Positions 61,011 through 64,000 of a DNA stretch of 64,000 bases are shown here, in pieces. Both the position numbers and the translations under genes were made by a program. Under the pieces are notes generated by a model that worked only from the letters and a program-made list of their open reading frames with translations, did not search any database and was not told where the DNA came from. The DNA comes from Podarcis vaucheri (taxonomy: Eukaryota): the NCBI GenBank assembly GCA_965113315.1, contig OZ220377.1, one strand, 5' to 3'. Position 1 is the first letter of the stretch. Each line of letters starts with the position of its first letter.

Positions 61011-63124
61011 CCAAAAGCTTGGCCTCACCCCCAATGGCGTATTTAGCTAGGTGGGGTGCTGGCTGAGGGTAGACTGAACCTGGGGCAACCCCCTCCCCCC
61101 AGTTCAGATTGCAAAGCACTTGAGAGGAACCTGAGGTTTAATATGTGTTAATAAAGGATAGTAACTGAGTTTTTTTGTTTGTTTCTTTGGGGCAGATGAG
61201 ATGGTGCTCTATTTATGGATGCTACCTTGCAAAGTGTGCTATTGGATGCTAAAAATACCAGCCCAGGTGACACAAGTAGGGCTTTGCCCGTCTAGAATGG
61301 TTGGGTACCTAGTGATGAATGGGAGGAAGGCGAGACTGACTAGGCCTGACTCATCAATCCTAGTTTGCATGAGATTGCCTTATACAGGATCAGACGGTTG
61401 ATCATTTTAGCTTGGTATAAGACAGCTTCCTATGTCCTTAAAAATCACACCTATCACACGTGATCTGAAAGGTGGGTATGTTGGACCTGAAGCCCTGCAG
61501 ATGCTCTGGACTACAATTTCCATCAGCCTGAGCTGGCAATGCTAGTCTTCTCTGGTTTTGTCATGCTCATTATGTTCTGTGGACTGGTTGTTTTGGAGAA
61601 GGGGGAAAGCACCTGTCTCTACAGGAGGCAGACTGGAGTTTGGGGGAAGTGTCATCACTGTTCTGGTGACCCACAGCTCTGCTTCTCCAGAACATCTCAG
61701 TCAGGAGAGGCTGTGCACCATCGGGACCAGTGTTTCACAAACTTGGGTGTCCAGATTTTTTGGACTACAATTCCTGTCACCCCAGCTAGCAGAACCAGTG
61801 GTCAGGGATGATGGGAACCGTAGTTCAAAAGCAGCTGGAGACCCAAGTTTGGGAAACACTGATCTGGACCATGGTCTGGGCAAAGTGGCAGACTGGATGG
61901 GGCCCAGTAAACTGATCCTGAACCCTGGGAAGACTGAAGTGCTATAGATTGGAGGTTCCCGAGTCGGTGTTCTCCTGAATTTTTGTCACTAGAGGCCCAG
62001 TGGCTAGGATTGCCTTTTACCTACCACAGCTGGTGTATCAATTATGGCCATTCTTGGACAAGGATAGTTGAGGCCACGGTGATTCATAGAATCAGGAAGG
62101 GACCCAGCAGATCATCTAAGTTCAATCGGCTGCAATGCAGGAATATGCATCTGTCCCCTACGGGGATCGAACCTGCAACCTTGGCGTCATCAGCACCATG
62201 CTCTAACCAACTGAACTATCCAGGCTGAGCACTGATAGCCTCAAGACTCCATTATTGCAGTGCAATGGGGCTACCCTTGAGTGCCTGGTCTAGAGGCTCC
62301 AACTGGTGTCGTCTTCTGCATTTGCAGCACCAAAGTGACCTCTCCGGGGTGCAAGCCTGGACAGAGTGTCTGGAGGTCCTGGGCTGCCCAGATAACAAGA
62401 GACCTCTCTTGGCCTTGCTGATGTGGTCCAAAGGAAAGCAGAGAAAGTCATTTAGGACCAGGAGTTGCCAGAAGCAGGAGGACAAGGCACCACCCAACCG
62501 TCTTAGGGACTCCATTCCAGATTTACTCCTGGAGGGTTTACTCCTTAGCCTTTTCTTCTCCTGAAGATGTCCCGCAACACACTGGGCACAGATTTGCCCT
62601 CCCCCTGAATCAACAGGCACCTCATTACTGCATTTAATGTTACTGCCTTGGTCTTCTAAGCCAACTAGGCCCACTAGGAGGGTTGGGTGGACCCGACATC
62701 TTATTGGGAGGGACATCTCTCAGAGGTGGAGCATCTGCTTTGCTTGCAAAAGGTCCCAGGTTCAATCCCCAGCCTCTCCAGGTCAGGCTGTTAATGTCCC
62801 TTCCCTGAAACCCTGGGAAACCACTGTCAGTCAGTGAGCTGCGTGCACTAAGGGCCTGACTCTGTGGCAGGAGCTTAAACCAGTTGCTACCTCGGGGGAG
62901 GTCTCGGTATTTTAATGTTGCTTGTTAGTAAAAACACATGGGAAATGAGTTTTTTTATTTTTTTCAAAATGTTGGGTTATGGGTTGTAGCCAATGCCAGT
63001 TTGCTACATCACTCTACTGAAAATAATGAACACGAGTCACTTGGGTCTATTAATTTTAATGGGTCTACGCAGAGTAACACTGAGTTTTGCCCACCTACCA
63101 ATTACTTGCAGCACTGTCTGAAAC

Positions 63125-63170
63125 GTTGTTGTTGTTGTTATTATTATTATTGTTATTATTATTATTATTA
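63125..63170. repeat. Compound (GTT)/(ATT) microsatellite
   Basis: Seen directly. Confidence 0.85.
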
Positions 63171-63199
63171 TATTGGTCGTATACTTGTTGAGCTTGTCT

Positions 63200-64000
63200 C
63201 TTAGCCCGGGAGCGCAATACTGAGGAGTCGCAATTTGATATAATGTGCTGCTCGGGTCCTCATGCCATGTGGACCCGCGCGTGACGGACCGGGGCCACCA
63301 CGTCTTGGGTCTGAAGAACCCCAATAGCAAGGGAAATTAGGGGGAAAGCAAACTCCCGGCCAAATTTGGGAGCTGCTCTTGTCCTTTGTGAGCCCCTCCT
63401 CTTTCTCTCTCCCCCCCCCCCCGCCGTGTTCTCGACACCCTCGGTCTCCCCCCCCCCCGCTTTCCTCCTCAAATCTGTGCCACTTGTGGCGAGGCGGCCT
63501 TCCTACGGGGAGGAGGGGTGTGTTACACAGCTGCGTTTCAAACAACCGGCCGCTAGGCTTGGGGAGGGGAAAAGGTGGGGGGGCTAAGGGAGGCAGAGAG
63601 AAAGGCAGCTTCGCCCGCCGTTACGTTGCCCTCCTGTGTTTGCAATGGATCGGTGTGACCATCGGGGAGGGAGAGGCGATCCAGCGAGCGGCCACACCAG
63701 CATACATTAAAAGGAGCGACCAACCTGCCCCCCCCCTCTCCAAGGTCTTGGATACGGAGGAGGAACAACTGCGAGGGAACTAACGTAGGTAGACCGGGGG
63801 AGCGAGCGGGGAGGGAGAAGCGGGCGTAGCTCTTCTCCTACAGGGGAGGGGTCGGCGGCGGCAGGAGGATCCTTGCAACACCCAGCGCGCTCTCCCTACC
63901 CATATCTTCGGCTAGCCCTATCCTGCTTCTTTCCCCGGCAGCCCAGCGGTGTCGCGCGTCTCCCTTCCGAGCCCTCCTCGAGTGGCGCGGGTAAGCTTTG
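63200..64000 (+). promoter_or_regulatory. CpG island with a probable non-coding first exon ending at donor CGG|GTAAGC (63991); probably the CUEDC1 promoter
   Basis: CpG-rich; CCAAT at 63321; poly-C tracts; strong donor. Gene identity is inferred only from recalled human synteny. Confidence 0.6.

Overview
Vertebrate genomic DNA, almost certainly a lacertid lizard: it carries Sauria/POM-type SINEs, (CTT)n-tailed Squam3B-like SINEs and lizard-type L1, L2, CR1 and RTE fragments. It contains one complete protein-coding gene on the + strand, VEZF1 (six C2H2 zinc fingers, polyQ, P/T/S-rich C-terminus). Its six coding exons are 27708-27740, 40450-41147, 42175-42238, 44310-44493, 47804-47947 and 53228-53655, giving a 1551-nt CDS (516 aa). 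It has a CpG-island promoter and an approximately 2 kb 3' UTR ending near AATAAA at 55676. A second CpG island at the right edge ends in a 5' splice donor; by recalled human synteny (SRSF1-VEZF1-CUEDC1) it is probably the first exon of CUEDC1. The upstream 25 kb is dense with nested transposons and has three TE-free, CpG-retaining islands that look regulatory. The most notable observations are: (1) two dissimilar solo LTRs that both carry an acidic/SP/Arg-rich ORF starting at LTR base 5; (2) SINEs with three different tRNA heads on one CR1 tail; (3) a 13 x 39 bp minisatellite born inside a SINE; (4) a hexapeptide register in the VEZF1 C-terminus suggesting a beta-solenoid; (5) a possible spliced non-coding unit at 20.2-21.8 kb. 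Repeat family names come from visual recognition, not a database search. Edges of degenerate repeats are approximate.
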